From: Squalus acanthias
Lineage: Eukaryota
DNA length: 64,000 nucleotides
NCBI GenBank assembly: GCA_030390025.1
Contig: CM059449.1
Location: forward strand, 15,500,001 to 15,564,000
Reading direction: 5' to 3'
Part shown: in pieces, positions 1 through 12,797 of the stretch
How the letters are laid out: each line of letters starts with the position of its first letter
Position numbering within the stretch: the first letter of the stretch is position 1
Translations under genes and position numbers: made by a program
Notes under the pieces: model-generated
What the model was told of the DNA's origin: nothing
What the model saw: the letters and a program-made list of their open reading frames with translations, nothing else
Database searches by the model: none

Positions 1-974
1 GGCCTACTAAAATGTACTGATGGAAATAAATTAACTCACGGACTCCTGACCGACTGTGTTACACATGGAATTATCTGACATTATACCTTCTACTCGACAA
101 TTCAACGTCTTTGCTTTCGACACAATTTATTCCATGAGCAAACGATTCATATTCAAAACATTTCCAACGTTTTCATACTTACACTTGACGTAATATAAAG
201 GACAGGTTTCCGTCTTAAATGATTAAAGATGACAGAAGTGAAATCTTCCCCCAGTAGGACGGTGAAATACAGCTGCGTTGGGAAGTGGTGATTATATTAT
301 GTCAATAGTTTTGCAAAGAAAACCAAGTGTGTGAAAATACAGCAGATCCCCCTTTATAAAGTGACAATTGCCTTTAATTTTTGCACCATAAAGTTCTGAA
401 TGTACACAGCTGTTCAATCTGATTATGGAGTGCAATTTCCCAAAGTTCCGTTGAGAAACTGGAAAAGGACCCAATGTAATGACAGCTGAATACCGGTTTG
501 TAGCTCAATGATTGATGGATCAATCAGCATTTAAAATTCTTCATAATAGCTTGTAAATTGTGGGACACAAGAGATCATTGTGTCCAAAAAAAACCTGTCC
601 CTGTTTGACAGATACATGCTTCTTTCTCCAGAAACACACATGTTGTCTCTTGAATCTATTTGTACTGCCCACTCCCACGGCCGTCTCCAGTAACTTGTTC
701 CACAAATCTCTTACTCTATAGGCGAACAGTTTCCGCCTAACTTCCCTTCTTACAGCTAACTAGTTAACGTCTAAAGTGTGACCCTTGGAAATTAGATCCT
801 TCCCCACAGTGAGCGATCTATCTGGGCTCAATTCATAATAATTGTACAACGCTAATTGACAGGTTGCGGTATGTCCTGTACGGATACATTGATCCTAATT
901 TAATCTAACAAAAAAAGACACCCAGTAACATCAATTAGTGATAGTGGAAGATACTTTAATTTGAGCTTCGCCCC

Positions 975-1785
975 TCATGGCAGATGACATTTAACGCAGG
1001 AAAGTGCGAAGTGATACATTTTGGTGGGAAGAACGAGAAGAGGCAATATAAACTGAAGGTTACGATCCTAAAGTGGGTGCCTGAACAGTGAGACCTGGGG
1101 GTATATGTCACAAATCATTGTAGGTGGCAGGGCAGGTTGACAAAGCGGTTAACAAAGAATGCAGGATACTGGGCTTCATAAATAGAGGCATAGAGTACGA
1201 AAGCAAGGCAGTTATGATGAACCTTTATAAAACACTGGTTCGGCCTCAACTGCAGTATTGTGTCCAGTTCTGGGCACCGCACTTTAGGAATGATGTGAAG
1301 GCCTCAGAGAGGGTGAGGAAAAGATTTACGGACTTGGTTCGGGGATGAGGAACTTCAGTTACGTGGATAGACTGGAGAAGTCGGAGTTGTTCTCCTTCGA
1401 ACAGAGAAGGTTGAGAAAAGATCTGATGGAGGTGTTCAAAATCATGAGGGGTCTAAACAGAGTAGATAGAAAGAAACTGTAACCATTGGCGGAAGGGTTG
1501 TGAACTAGTGGACACAGATTGGCAAAAGAGCCAAAGGCGAAATGAGAAAACCCTTTTTTCGCAGCGAGTGGTTAGTACCTGGAATGCACTGCCTGAAAGT
1601 GTGGTGAAGGCATATTCAATCGTGGCTTTCAGAAGGGAGTTGGATAAGTACCTGAAGGAAAAAATGCAGGGCTACGGGGAAAGGGCGGGTGAGTGGGACC
1701 GGCTGAAGTGCTCTTGCAAAGAGCCGGCACAGGCTCGACGGGCCAAATGGCCTCCTTCTGTGCTGTAACCATTCTATGATTCCAT
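975..1785 (+). mobile_element. CR1-type LINE 3' fragment (copy at about 40512-41325)
   Basis: Broken ORFs YKTLVRPQLQYCVQFWAP and FSQRVVSTWNALP, with an attctatg tail. Confidence 0.88.
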
Positions 1786-1845
1786 ACTGGTCCGTAAATC
1801 TGTAGGTCACTATTGACAGATTGTATTGTTCCATTTATACTCTAG

Positions 1846-2184
1846 ACAGTGGGTTGACGAGTGGAATCAGAGTTTTCCAGTCCCCAGATGCCATCAATGT
1901 AACAGAAGGAGGATCGGTGCAGCTGAACTGCACTTTTGAAGCGATTGGTTCTGTTGGACATGTTGTTTGGAGGCGGGCCACAGAAAACATGGTAGTGTCG
2001 GTTCGGAATCCTTTCTATCAGAGCCGGATAACGAAGTCAGGGCCGAAATTATTTACCGAAAGAATGGCTTTCCTTGAAATCATCAATTTACTGACAATGG
2101 ACTCAGATTTTTACTACTGCGAGGTGGAATTTGCGGCGGTTGGGAAAGCAAGCGGGACAGGAACACAACTTATAATAACTGACA
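1846..2184 (+). CDS. NCR3: V exon of activating-type NKp30/NCR3-like receptor (copy A1), single-exon VJ-type IgV domain
   Basis: Acceptor tatactctag|AC and donor GACA|gtgagt give 339 nt, phase 1-1, no stops. Encodes IRVFQSP..SVQLNCTF..VGHVVWRR..DSDFYYCEVEFAAVGKASGTGTQLII, with B-strand Cys, C-strand Trp, DxxxYYC and a J-like GxGT. This pattern recalls human NKp30 (YVCRVEVLGLGVGTGNGTRLVV). The symbol denotes family resemblance, not proven orthology. Confidence 0.85.
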
Positions 2185-3524
2185 GTGAGTAGAAAAGATC
2201 AGAGTTCGTTTTAAGAATTTACCAATATTTTGACATTGGTATGGCTGTACCTGTGCTATGATATGAGATTTCAGTTCGGTTTTGTGAATTGTGTCTGTGT
2301 GTCAATATCACTTTCAAAGTACATCGGGCACAATTGGTCGACAATTAATATCCTGAAAGTGCCATATATCTGACTTGAATCTGACTATTCAAGGCGCGGT
2401 GCTTTAGGAATAGGAATACAGGAGCTTCAGGCTACTTCCCCACCCACCACCCCACCATCTTAAAGGGAGGGTTATCTCAAAATAGTACTTCGCATTATCA
2501 CTTCATTTTCTTGCTTGGCACCTAACATGTCGCTGTTAAGGCAACTATGTTCGTCCCTTTTTACAAAGCTAATGAGTCCGAGCTTTTCTAGACTTTTGTT
2601 TCTCACATAACCTAGCACTAGAACACGAGGGAACAGGCTAGCGTTCACTCCACCTCCGGGACTTGCATGTCTCCCTTGAGCTGAGTGACCAGAAACATAA
2701 TACTCAAGATGCCATCTGACTAGAGCACCGTATGATTGGATCCCCACACATTTAAAAGGAAACATGCCTTCTATATTTTTGATTCGTCTTGGGATGTGGG
2801 CGTCGCTGGCAAGGCCAGCATTTATTGTCCATCCCTATCTGCCCTTGAGATGGTGGTGGTGAGCCACCTTCTTGAACCGCTGCAGTCCGTGTGGTGAAGG
2901 CACTCCCACAGTGCTGTTAGGGAGGGAGTTCTAGGATTTTGACTCAGCGACGATGAAGGATCAGCGATATACTTCTAAGTCAGGATGGTGTGTGACTTGG
3001 AAGGGAACTTGGAGGTGGTGGTGTTCCCATGCGCCTGCTGCCCTTGTCCTTCTAGGTGGTAGAGGTCGCGCGTTTGGAAGCTGCTGCTGACGAAGCCTTG
3101 GCGTGTTTAATGAAAAAGGCTTCAGGTAGAATTTACTGTTTTCGATATAAGCCTTTACTTTCTACATGTTAGCGTCTTGGTTAAAATGAAGGGTATGTGG
3201 AACGCTAGTATTTCAACAAATAATTATAGTTTTTTTCAGTTTCCACGGGGATGCAGTACCTTAGATTACATATAAAAATAGGGAACGGCCTTTCTTTAAA
3301 GTATAGAACGCCACTGGAATGTTATTTCAGTTTTCATATCCTATAACTGATCAACCAAAATTTAATTATTAAATTGCGAACTAGAGGTCTTCGTTATGTA
3401 GATTTCTGAATCACATCGATTGGGGGGCGGGGGTTGGTGGGGCGGCGGGGTGATCGCCTGTTATACACTCTGCCCAGTCTTGCGTCCAATTGCCTGAAAA
3501 TTAAATTGAATATTGGGCGCACCA

Positions 3525-4140
3525 AAGCCAAATACTGCGGATGCTGGAAATCTGAAATAAGAAACAGAAAATGCTGGAAAATACTCAGCAGTTCAGGCAG
3601 CATCTGTGGAGACTGAAAAACAGCGTTAATGTTTCAGTTTTCTGACAGAAGGTCATCGACCCGAAAAGCAAACTGTTTTTCTCTCTCGCCCTGCAGATGC
3701 TGCCTGACCTGCTGCGTGTTTCCAGCATTTTGTGCTTCTAATATTGAATATTGGGCGAGTTGTACAGCGGTCGGCCAATATGATTCTGTCTGCCTTGCGT
3801 GCCTGTCCATGTCCAATTTCACCCCTACAACACAAAAACAGAAAATGCTGGAAATACTCAGCAGGTCAGGCAGCGTCTGTGGAGAGAGAAACAGAGTTAA
3901 CGTTTCAGGTCGATGACCCTTCGTCAGAACTGGAAAAAGTTGGAGGTGGAACAGGTTTTTAAGCAAGTGTAGGGCCAGGGAAAGGGGGGAGGGGAGGAAG
4001 GAACAAAAGGGAAGGTCTGTGATAGGATGGAAGGCAGGAGAGATTAAAGAGACAAAAGGGATGATGGTGCAAGGCAAAATGAGATGGTAATGGGACAAGT
4101 TAAGAAACAAAAGATGACTCTAGATGAAGTGTAAATGGCA
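3525..4140. mobile_element. Penelope-like terminal-repeat fragments (hairpin about 3565-3735; hammerhead-like motif 3896-3930 on minus)
   Basis: Family motif gaaaatgctggaaatactcagcaggtcaggcagc. The minus strand reads GTT-CTGACGA-A-GGGTC-atc-GACCT-GAAACGTT-AAC. Related fragments at about 16715-16975, 28262-28565, 43082-43700, 57495-57800 and 63725-64000. Confidence 0.65.
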
Positions 4141-4239
4141 CTGACTGAATGATCGATCACTCCACCATTTTCTTACATTATCTTTCCCTTTAACCAAGCG
4201 CCACCATACTGACTATATTATTGTTTCTGTTTCTAACAG

Positions 4240-4361
4240 GAGCTGGAGTCGAGCCTATCTGCCATTTCCCCACACTTAGCGCTGGATTACAAGTTACAAA
4301 AACGGTGCTGCTGATCATTCTCATAATCACAGGCCTGACGACGTACCTCTGTCCCACGTAG
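4240..4361 (+). CDS. NCR3: Stalk/TM/stop exon of activating-type receptor A1: RAGVEPICHFPTLSAGLQVTKTVLLIILIITGLTTYLCPT*
   Basis: Strong acceptor ttgtttctgtttctaacag|GA, phase 1 matching the V exon. It has a stalk Cys, a Lys at the start of the hydrophobic segment, essentially no cytoplasmic tail and TAG at 4359-4361. The exon is conserved at 43800-43921. The leader is expected about 0.9 kb left of the window by homology with 38646-38709. Confidence 0.8.
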
Positions 4362-4739
4362 GGAAAAATAGACTTTGATTTATAACAAGATACATCTGCA
4401 ATCGCTGTTGGAAAAGATGTCGAAAGTCGATGTTAATTTTATCAGGAAGTTCTTTAAGATGCCCGTGGTCGATATATTTTTTTGCAGCATTGCATGGACG
4501 TGGATTAAAGCATGGGCGGGGATAGATATCGTTTTTATTACAAAACATTTGAATTAAAGTTACTGCACCGCCAACAGAATAACTAGCAGATGCTATTCTG
4601 TTGGAGAGACCTGTTTATTTTTTTTCAAAATAACAAATGCATAGATTTTTCTAACTGTCATGGTTGATATAAAATGATCAGTTTGTGCATGATCTTTAAC
4701 GTGACCGCACATGTTCTGTTACCCCATGAAACTCGGCTG

Positions 4740-5243
4740 CCCGTGTCCTAACTCGTACCGAGTCCCGTTCGCACATCTCCGCTGTGCTCGCTGACCTACA
4801 TTGGCTGCCGCTTAAGCATCGCCTCGATTTCAAAATTCTCATGCTTTCTTTCAAATCCCTCCGTGGCCTCGCACCCTCCCGATTGCTGTAATCTCCTTCA
4901 GCCCCACAACCCCCCCCCCCCCCCGAGATATCTGCGCTCCTCTAATTCTCCCCTCTTGAGCATTCCTGATTATAATCACTCAACCATTGGTGGCCGTGCC
5001 TTCTGTTGCCTAGGCCCTAAGCTCTGGAATTCCCTGCCTAAACCTCTCTGCCTCGCTACCTCTCTTTCCTCCTTTAAGACGCCCCTTAAAACTCTTTGAA
5101 CAAGCTTTTGGACATCTGCCCTAATTTCTCCCTATATGGCTCGGTGTCAATTTGTTTTTTCTTATAACACTCCTGTGAAGCACCTTGGGACGTTTTACTA
5201 CGTTAAAGGTGCTATATAAATATAAGTTGTTGTGGTTGTTGTT
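4740..5243 (+). mobile_element. L2-type LINE 3' fragment (copies at about 17200-17692 and 44520-44998)
   Basis: Degenerate LHWLP..RLDFKIL..GGRAF..GPKLWNSLP followed by a (GTT)n tail. Confidence 0.8.
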
Positions 5244-6817
5244 GAATCCTTTAAATGCCATTTTAACAGCAGTCTTGTGCTGGTCAGGAGTCTTGATTAC
5301 TCATCCTGTGACTCGAAAGAAGATCCACTTCCACTGCCTAAGGATGAACTATTTGTTGATAAATTACAATTGTCAAAGTCTCCAGAAGATGTCCTTGGCT
5401 GCTTATGTGGTAGAACTCAACTGACTTTACAAAAGCGACATTCTTATAATGTATTACTTCAACATGATATTTTTATGCTATTATAAATGTCTACTGGGAC
5501 TGCTTTTGTTAATTTTGCTAAGTATTATGAAAGGTTTTGCTGTCTTTAATTCAATAGTGCTCGACATGGGACTAACCTCCATACTTGCTTGCAATGGCTT
5601 TAACTGAATGCTGTACACGATCTATTCAAAATGCATGAATGCTTACGATGTGCTTTTTTATTGGCCCCTTTATGCGAGACTTTCTGATATAATGTGCCGT
5701 ATCTACACCATGTATGAAAGGGCTCTTAGAATTTTTATCGTCGATTAAAGTGAACGCTTTCTTTCTCGTGTTTAATCCAAATTGGTCATTACTTGCTGGG
5801 ATCAGTAGAAGTCCCATCCTCAGCTTGTCAACAACAACTTTCGTGCACCCCAGTGCTTCCTGTAGGGGATTCTAGGAGTAGTGGGCAGAGTCTAAAAATT
5901 AGAGCCAGACCTTTCAAGAGTGAAATTAGGAAACACTTCTACACACATTGTGTGGTACACCTTTGGAACTCTCTTCCGCAGACAGCAATTGATGGCAGAT
6001 CAATTGTTAATTTTAAATCCGAGATTGATAGATTTCTGTTAACTAAAGGTATTAAGGGATATTGGGTCAAAAGTTGGGAAAAGGGAGAATGGCCGGAAAG
6101 AGAGAGAGAGAGCGGGAAAAAGTGAGGCTGTGATTGGAGGAGCAGCGAGTACCAGGGGAGGGTGTGTGTGAAACTCAACAGCACGTGACAAGAAGGGGGA
6201 GGAGCCTCGAAGAGACCGCAGTGCCCCGGGAAAGACCGGCTTTGGAAAGTTGGAGTGCTGCAAATTCATCAGTCGAGGTTTGGGGAGGGAGTTGGGGGGT
6301 GGGGTGCGCTCGGGAAAATCCCCATTAGCCAGTCGGAGTCTGAAGGAAACTTTGCGGGACGGATGAAACTGGTGGAACGGGGTATGTGGGACTATAAATA
6401 CACACGAATACCTCCAACAGCAATTTCCAGGCCTAAAGTGAACGTAATGTGCCTGATGCCACTGCTTCTGATCTGTGATGTGCACCTACATCTGCACTCA
6501 GATTGTGCTGCTAAAGGTATCCCATTCGTTAAGTTATTGACCTATACAGAATGTCACATGCACGAAAGGCCGAACGCCCTCCCTCTGTGCTATATCATTG
6601 AATAGAAGGAGCTCATGGAATGGTGGAGGTGTTGATGTCCAGGTGTCCCACTAAGTTCCTGGCAAGCGTTGTGCAGGACAGGGTTAATGATCGCAAGTGC
6701 AGCCATTGGAATAAAAAGTTGAAATCCGCTCTCATTTCCTTGGCCCAGGGCTGAAACCAGTCACAGATGAAAGACAGCTCTTTCTATTGGATGTGAGGGC
6801 CCCCTGAATAATGCTGA

Positions 6818-7452
6818 ACATAATAAGAAATAGGAGCAGGAGTAGGACATTTGGTCCTTCGAGCATGCTCCGCCATTCAATAAGATCATGGCTGATCTTC
6901 TACCTCATTTCCACTTTCCTGCACTATCCCCATATCCCTTGATACCCTTAATATTCAAAAATCTATCGATCTCTGTCTTGAATATACTCAACGACTGAGC
7001 CTCCACAGCCCTCTGAGGTAGAGAATTCCAAAGATTCAACACCCTCTGAGTGAAGATATTTCTCCTCATCTCAGTCCTAAATGGCCGACCCCTTATTCTG
7101 AGACTGTGAACTGGTTCTAGACTCCCCAGCCAGGGGAAACATCCTCCCTGCATCTACACTGTCAATTCCTGTAAGAATGTTGTATGTCTCAATGTGATCA
7201 CCTCTCATTCTTCTAAACTCTAGAGAATATAGGTCTAGTCTACTCAATCTGTCTTCATAGGACAATCCCCCCATCCCCGGAACCAGTCTGGTGAACCTTC
7301 GTTGCACTCCCTCTAAGGCAAGTTTATCCTTCCTTAGGTAAGGAGACCAAACTGTACACAATACTCCAGGTGCGGTCTCACCAGGGCCCTATACAATTGC
7401 ATTAGGACGTCTTTACTCTTATACTCAAATCCTCTTGTAATAAAGGCCAACA
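6818..7452 (-). mobile_element. CR1-type LINE 3' fragment (copies at about 19258-19890 and 46555-47190)
   Basis: ORFs with WSPYLRKD..RRMRGD and FTQRVLNLWNSLP. Confidence 0.88.
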
Positions 7453-8630
7453 GTCTATTCCCAGTTTCTAATGGATGTTGTTCCACAGCACAAATTTTCA
7501 GCGTTGATTGTCACATAAGTGGAAATCTCAACCAATCGGTAAAACCCTTACTTCTGGGGCAGAAGTTTGCGGCTCAAGGCCCACTCCAGGAGTTGAGCAC
7601 GTAAAGTAGGCGAATGTCCACTGCAACACTGAGGGAGTCTGGGAGTTAAGCCTGGGAGGAGCAAAAGGGAACGTTTGGCTGGGAACGTGGCACTGCAGTA
7701 ACGGAAGGCGCTGGATCTCCTTTCATCAAAATCATAGGAAGGAAATTTCAGCGTTGGAACCTTCCCATGAGATTTTCCTCCATGCTGTGCCCCGGCGATG
7801 CTGAACGCTAGACAGTGAAGACAAAAAATCTACCCGCATCTGTCGGGAAGTAGTTATGTGTGCCGAGCTATGAAACGTCCTGCCAAGTAATCATTTCTCT
7901 GGGAGGTGGTTCTGCCGATCTCCTGCCGTGACTTAGCTGGAAGTTCGGCAGAACTCCGCTTTAGCTATTATGCACTTCTTCTGAATTCCGCCGAGCTTCC
8001 GCCAACGTTACCACAGGGGATGGGAGAACCCCGCAGAAGTCACCCTGCCCCCCTTGAGTTTAACATAAAACATTCATTTTAATAAAAGGTACAACGGAAA
8101 ATCAACAGGACAACCTGACATGGGTCAACTGAGAAGAAATTTTATTACGAAAATATCAAATACTCTATAGGATTATGATGAAATGTAAGGAGTTATGTGA
8201 TGAAACTAGGCTGAGTGAATAGTAACGAGTATGAATGCTCAACATGTTGGTTTTCATTTTAACAGCGGTATGAACCTGCATATCTTCGAGGATAACACGC
8301 CCCTTAAAATAGGGGACTAATACATTTCATACAAATGTGATAAATGTTCACAACTAACACTAAAGAGTCTAATGTTAAAGCATTTGAGATTACAAGCCCT
8401 TGTTACTGAATTATGTGTGGATAAACCTCACTCACTAAGTTAGAGGACAAAACATTCGCCTGGAAATTCCCATGGAGGGTTCTCCGATCATCCGCCGTTG
8501 AAGATGCCACAGAACCCCCGAGCTTCCGCCGAAGTTACGGCGGGAGATCGGGACTGCTCTGCGGAAATTCCACCAGTTGTCCATCGGGGCAGGGGCGTCT
8601 CATCATTGGGGTGAAATGTATCGGCTCCGC

Positions 8631-11600
8631 TTACTTCACCGAAGCGTACAGCACCGCTGCTCGCTTCACAGGGCACTCAGTTTGATTGCTGTCCTGTAGA
8701 TTCAGCGTGGCGTATTGCAACTTGCCATCTCCTTCTCTCTATTGAGATGAAAGGATTTCAGTGTTGAATAAAATATTGCAAACTGATTATAGCGTCGGGC
8801 CTCAAACCCAGCGCACCAGATGTTGTGCAGTTTCAATGGAATATAATTCAACCCAGTAAACATTCTACATATAATTAGAATATGACTCCACCTATCAAAT
8901 ATTGTTTCCTTAAATAGGATATATGGCGCCGTCCTAAATATTCCTGTCCTTTTAAATATATTTCAGCGAGTCAACGATTGCACGATTTAAGTAACAAGCA
9001 AGGGAAACAGTCAATCTAATTAACACATCATTCTAATGTTAAAATCCATGCATTTAGAACAATTCACACTTAATGAATTCAGGAGCGGTGGGTCAGTCAG
9101 CCTATGGGAAAGATAGATTAACATTTGAGAATAACTGTTCAGGAGCACTTTCCGTTGAAGGCAAAGTGCCAGCGGATTACCCTGTGTTGTTTCTTCCAGG
9201 TTCTGACTGACCTACTTTGCATATCCAGCATTTTCTTTTACGGCTTCAGATTTCCAGTTTTCCTCCTTATCTCGACTTGTCAAAGTAGGTGTATTTTTGC
9301 CTGTGTGCGTGTATATGCCTGGGTGCCCCTATTTTGGGGTCTATTTTAATGTTCCTGTGTGTATCTGGTGCTTTGTTTGAACGTTAGTGGGATGTGGGCG
9401 TCGCTGGCAAGGCCAGCATTTATTGCCCATCCCTAGTTGCCCTTGAGAAGGTGATGGTGAGCCGCCTTCTTGAACCGCTGCAATCAACGTACTCCCACAT
9501 TGTTTTTCATAGCGGCTTTTTACAACTGAGTGGCCATTTTAGAGGACAGTTGAGAGTCAACCACATTGCTATCGGTCTGGAGTCACATATAGGACAGACC
9601 AGGTAAGGACGGCAGATTTCCTTCCCTGAGGGGCATTAGTGAACAAGATAGGCTTTTACAACAATCCCATTGCTTCATGTCACCATTACTGATACTAGCG
9701 TTTTATTCCAGATTTATTTAATTACATTTATATTCTCCAGTTGCTGTGGTGGGGCTTGAACTCAGGTCGCACAGATCATTAGTCCAGGTCTAGATGGATT
9801 ACTAGTCCAGTAACATAAGCACTATGCTACTGTTCCCTATATAGGCTTGGACATGCACTTGCGTATTTGTGTGTGGCTATATGTATTTGCGAGTGTCTTT
9901 GAGAGTGTGTCTTTCTGAGTGTGCAGGTGTTTGAATCCTGGGACTGTAAGATTTCATTTCATGTTTTCCTGGTTGGCTTTCTGTTGAATTATAACTAATA
10001 TTCTAGTCCCGGCTATATAGAATTTCGATTTTCAACTTGCCGCGCCTGTGCATAAAATTGGCGTTTGAGATGGGCCGCACCTGTGCTTCACGCTTTTGTG
10101 GGAAGTTGAGAATCTACCCCACATCTTCAAGAAGAAAAGTTGAGGCCGTCCAACCTCGTTCCGTCTTTAGATTTTTACATCCAACTGAGAGAACTTTTTA
10201 CATGATAATCAACCTGGAAAAGTAAGCAGTAGGTTTAAAAATAACAAAAATAGCCCAAGTCATTGTGCTACATACCCGATTTGTTCTTCGTCACTCAGAG
10301 CTGTCATAATTCCTCTCTATAAAGCATAGAAAAAAGAAAAAAGAAAGACTTGCATTCATTAGCGACTTTCACCACCTCAGGATGTCCCAAAGCGCATCAC
10401 AGCAAATGAAGTACTTTTTAAATTGTAGTCGCTGTTGTAATGTAGGAAACGCGGCAGCCAAGTTACGCACAGCAAGCTCCCACAAACGGCAATCTGACAA
10501 TAGCCAGATAATCTGTTTCAGTGATGTTAATTGAAGAATAAACATTGGCCGGGACACCGGGGAGAACTCCCCTGCTCTTCTTCAAAATAGTACCAAGTGA
10601 TCTTTTACATCCAGCTGAGAGAGCAGACTGGGCCTCGGTCTACTGTCTCATCCAAATGACGGCACCTCCGACAGTGCAACGCTCCCTCAGCACTGCACTG
10701 GGAGTGTCAGATTAGATTTTTTTGTGCTCAAGTCTCTGGAGCGGGATTTGAAACCCACAACCTTCAATGTTTCAGAGGCGAGGGTGCTACCAACTGAGCC
10801 GCAGGAAATGACCCTGAATAATTTAATTTACTTGAACAGTGTATATAATACAATACAACATATTGTGCCATAGATATAGCGCTCTAATGCACTGTGGTAT
10901 AATGCTATACGATACAATATAACATGGTAGAAAACAGGAGAACGCAATAAAATAAAATATACAGTAGGATGTACCGTATTGCACAACAATAAAACGATAC
11001 AATTCGTATGGTCCAACATATAATACACTACGGTGCAATATAAAACATCCTAAGGTTTTTCTGTACGATATAAACGGTATTCATACCAGATTCCTAGGCC
11101 CACTATTTTAACTGTTTACTTTAAACTAATGCAAAAAACAATTTGATATGAGCGCGCCAAGCACTCGTTCGAGAATAGGGTGATATCCAGGCGAATCTAC
11201 TATAATATATGATATATAATACATCATAACATTGAAACGTACTTTTAAATATCATGTAATAATTCATCACAAAAAAATCAGGGTGTGGTAAGAAAATATT
11301 TTAAAATATTATATTATCCATAAACCTTAACACTTTCAGTTGACTTTGTGGCCAAGACGTCTAACATGTGTCACTCAATAGCGGTTCTGGAAGCAAGAGC
11401 AATTGAATCATAGAGTCATACAGCACAGAAGGAGGTCATTCGGCCCAACCTGCCTGTGCCGGCTCTCTGAAAGAGCAATAATTAGTCCCACTCCCCCCTG
11501 CTCTTTCCCCATAGCCCGGAAACATTTCCCGTTTTAAGTATTTATCCAATTCCCTTTTGAAAGATATTATTGAATCTGCTTCCACCGCCCTTTCAGGCAG

Positions 11601-11994
11601 TGTATTTCAGATCACAACAACAGGCTGCGGAAAAAAAAATTCTCCTCATCGCCCCTCGGTTTTTTTTGCCAGTATCTTAAATCTGTGTCCTCTGGTTACC
11701 CACATAATAATCAGACAGAACAAGACTGAACTCCTGGTCAACGGATTATACCTTATAGACAAGAAAATTAACCAGATTATCAATTAAAATCAAATTAAAT
11801 CGAAGGAGTAAGCGGTCGGAGTTTATTAAAAGTGACAGGTTGTTCACGTTTCTTTCTGTCACCCACCTGTTTCATGGATCACTGAGTAGAGCGGATCTGG
11901 ACTGAAGCAAAAGAGGACATCAGAAAATTTAGGCATCCAAAAATAAGAAAGTGGCTTTCTTTATATGAAAATAAATCTATGTAAAGTTACCTGG
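8631..11994 (-). pseudogene. Orphan 3' remnant of inhibitory gene (copy I1): exons 11901-11867, 10316-10276 (in-frame TGA), 8738-8631
   Basis: Homology breaks inside the 22-nt micro-exon at about 11994, and no TM, V or leader follows. The ITIM exon is still intact (LQYATL, VLYASV). Confidence 0.78.
10345..10805 (-). mobile_element. tRNA-derived SINE with L2-like tail (DeuSINE/SacSINE-like); copies at about 22793-23250, 36075-36510, 53318-53766
   Basis: Minus-strand head ggctcagttggtagcac..gggtttcaaatccc and tail ..tgtgggagcttgctgtgcg..cctacattacaacag. The family name is tentative. Confidence 0.7.
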
Positions 11995-12507
11995 AGGCTT
12001 GTTATTCCAGAGTAATACTGGTGTTTTGGGCGATGCGATGATTTTTTCGGTTAAATGAGATGCGTGGTGGCCATTTTAATTCATTTTACTGAGGTTCTGA
12101 ATGTGGGTTTATTACTTTGTCTATTTCACTCCATCTTTCTCTGTGTCTCTCTCCATCTTTCTCTGTTATGTGGCTCGATGTCAAATTTTGTTTTATAACG
12201 CTCCTGTGAAGCGCCCTGGGAGGTTTTACTATATTAAAGGCACTATACAAATACAAGTTGTTGTTGTTGTTGTCTCTCTCCAGCTTTCCCCGTCTCCCTC
12301 TCGAGACAGTTAATATCTAAGAAATGCACACACGGCAATGCGATTTGTCATCATTTTAAATGGTAGACAGAAACATTTCAGAGTACATTTCAATCAAGAT
12401 TAAAGCTGAGATAGAGAGAAAGAGAGAGAGAGAGAGAGAGCAGATGAGTAAAAGAAAGAGAAAGAGGGCCAGAGATGGGGACCTAGATAGGAACAGAGAG
12501 AGAGAGT

Positions 12508-12555
<48 letters not shown>

Positions 12556-12766
12556 TTTTGTTTTATAACACTCCTGTGAAGTGCCCTGGGAGGTTTTACT
12601 TTGTTAAAAGCACTATTTAAATACAAGTTGTTGTCTCTCTCCATCTTTCTCTGTCTCCCTCTCTAAACTTTTAACATATAAAACATGCCACACACAGCAA
12701 TGTGATCTGTCTTTATTTTAAATGTTAGACAGAGACATTTCAATCAAGATTAAAGCTGAGATAGAG

Positions 12767-12797
<31 letters not shown>

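Larger units (their letters stand above)
1..11994 (+). repeat. Segmental duplication copy 1 (homologous to about 39535-54980)
   Basis: Colinear direct similarity, with position 1 corresponding to 39535 (ggcctactaaaatgtac). Shared exons and old repeats, visually about 90% identical. Confidence 0.92.
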
